From: Marsupella aquatica
Taxonomy: Eukaryota; Plantae; Marchantiophyta
Direction: 5' to 3'
Assembly (NCBI GenBank): GCA_973895155.1
Contig: OZ316891.1
Coordinates: 5,303,708 to 5,367,707 of the forward strand
Length of the DNA stretch: 64,000 nucleotides
Of the stretch, positions 62,707 to 64,000 are shown in pieces. The notes under the pieces were generated by a model. The model was not told where the DNA came from, ran no database searches, and was given only the letters and a program-made list of their open reading frames with translations. A program made the translations under genes and the position numbers. Every line of letters starts with the position of its first letter. Positions within the stretch are counted from its first letter, which is position 1.

Positions 62707-64000
62707 GAAAGTGAGGAGGAAGGAGAAGAATCAATGAAACTTGATCCGAAATCAAATGGCCGCTATTTGACACGGATCTTGGACTGCCGAAGTGAGACTG
62801 GATTACCGTGTCACTCATGCAAGGTGTACGTGACGGAAAGCGAACGAACCGAATTAAACAGAATATAAGTTGGGGCAATGAAACCATTGCACACGGAAAT
62901 GACGGAATATAAGTTGCGGCAATGAGTGCATTGCACCGTAGGGTGATAGCGGGACCTGGTGTAATTGGGTAGGCAAGGAAATGAACGAAGGGGGCGGGGA
63001 AAGTGGGGATTGACAACAATTTATTTTTTTGCCTTAGTTTCTGCAATCTTAGTGGAGCAGAGTTGTGACGGGAGGGAGCTGGTTTAGCAGCTGGTGTGAT
63101 ATGATAAATTTTACAAGGATGTGAAGGTGAGGAGGGTTTAGGGTACCAGTGCTTATTTCCTCTCTCCCACTTAGGCTTCCTCTCCCCCCCTCACCTTATC
63201 TCCCACAAGATTAAAAAATGAGGAGAAAATGTGAAAGTAAACCTTGGATGTTTTTGATTGTGGCCAATTTCAGCAAAACCTTGTAGCTCAAAAACACACA
63301 ATTCCACATATTTTCATTTTTATATTGGAAATTGGATTTCCATGCGACCTTGAATGTACCCAGTTCAACAATTCGAACTGAATAGTTCAAATGTCACTAT
63401 GTTTGTAGTTTTATTCACTAAGTTACAACCATTCATAGATTTTCAACTTTCTATAATAAGCACGATTGATTGCTACCAATCTTTGTAATGCAAAACGCAA
63501 TATTAATATTGCACATTGCAATTCTCTCAGGAATTCTCCTTCAATATTGGGTACTTCAAGTGCATTGTTGGGGGTGACGTTCACTAGCTACCCAGTTTGA
63601 GCAAAATATCTTACCTATGTGATAGCATTTCATGCAAGAATACAATTGAGAGGTAAACATCAGCAGCCTATGGGGCTCCTGGTCAGCTTGAAAATCAGTC
63701 CATACATCAATAGCTTTAGAGTTTTATTCACTAAGTTACAACGATTCCTAGGTTGGCAATTTTCTATAAACATGACTTGTTATCAATCTTTGTAATGCAA
63801 AGAACCAGAGCCACAACTCAATGGTACTCAAGGTATAGGTATCACTAGTCTCGGTATTGGTAACTACCAATGTTCACTTTCAAATTGGATGAAACTTTGA
63901 TAGGGAGCCAAGATCACTCAATCTAATGCTCTTAGCAATTATATTTGTATATTGCTCATTGCTCAAATTGTAGTTTTGTAGTTTTTTTTTGTTTTTTTGT

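Overview
Eukaryotic land-plant genomic DNA with spliceosomal introns and plant TE families; probably a non-seed plant such as a bryophyte (inference). The first ~49 kb is nested transposon terrain. A Ty1/Copia element (1891-19601; 209-bp LTRs differing at 3 positions, TSD TTTAA) carries two inverted copies of a 296-bp MITE (8-bp TSDs) and an 11.5-kb CACTA transposon (4196-15668), which itself holds a non-autonomous CACTA (9790-11443). Removing the inner insertion restores a complete SET-domain (lysine-methyltransferase-fold) reading frame inside the CACTA. It lies between the transposase's apparent N-terminal Zn-finger exon and the transposase body, so both proteins may be spliced from a shared first exon. 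The Copia carries an intact antisense ORF with an RNase H1 N-terminal/caulimovirus viroplasmin hybrid-binding domain. Further right are two inverted duplications of small unknown genes, a second CACTA remnant, a Sola-like DDE transposase pseudogene with a cognate 4-bp-TSD MITE, an RPA70-C-like OB-fold ORF and decayed Ty3/Gypsy pieces. One intact host gene is present, a 19-exon GH35 beta-galactosidase (50111-58062). All domain calls are from motif recognition by eye; no database searches were run.
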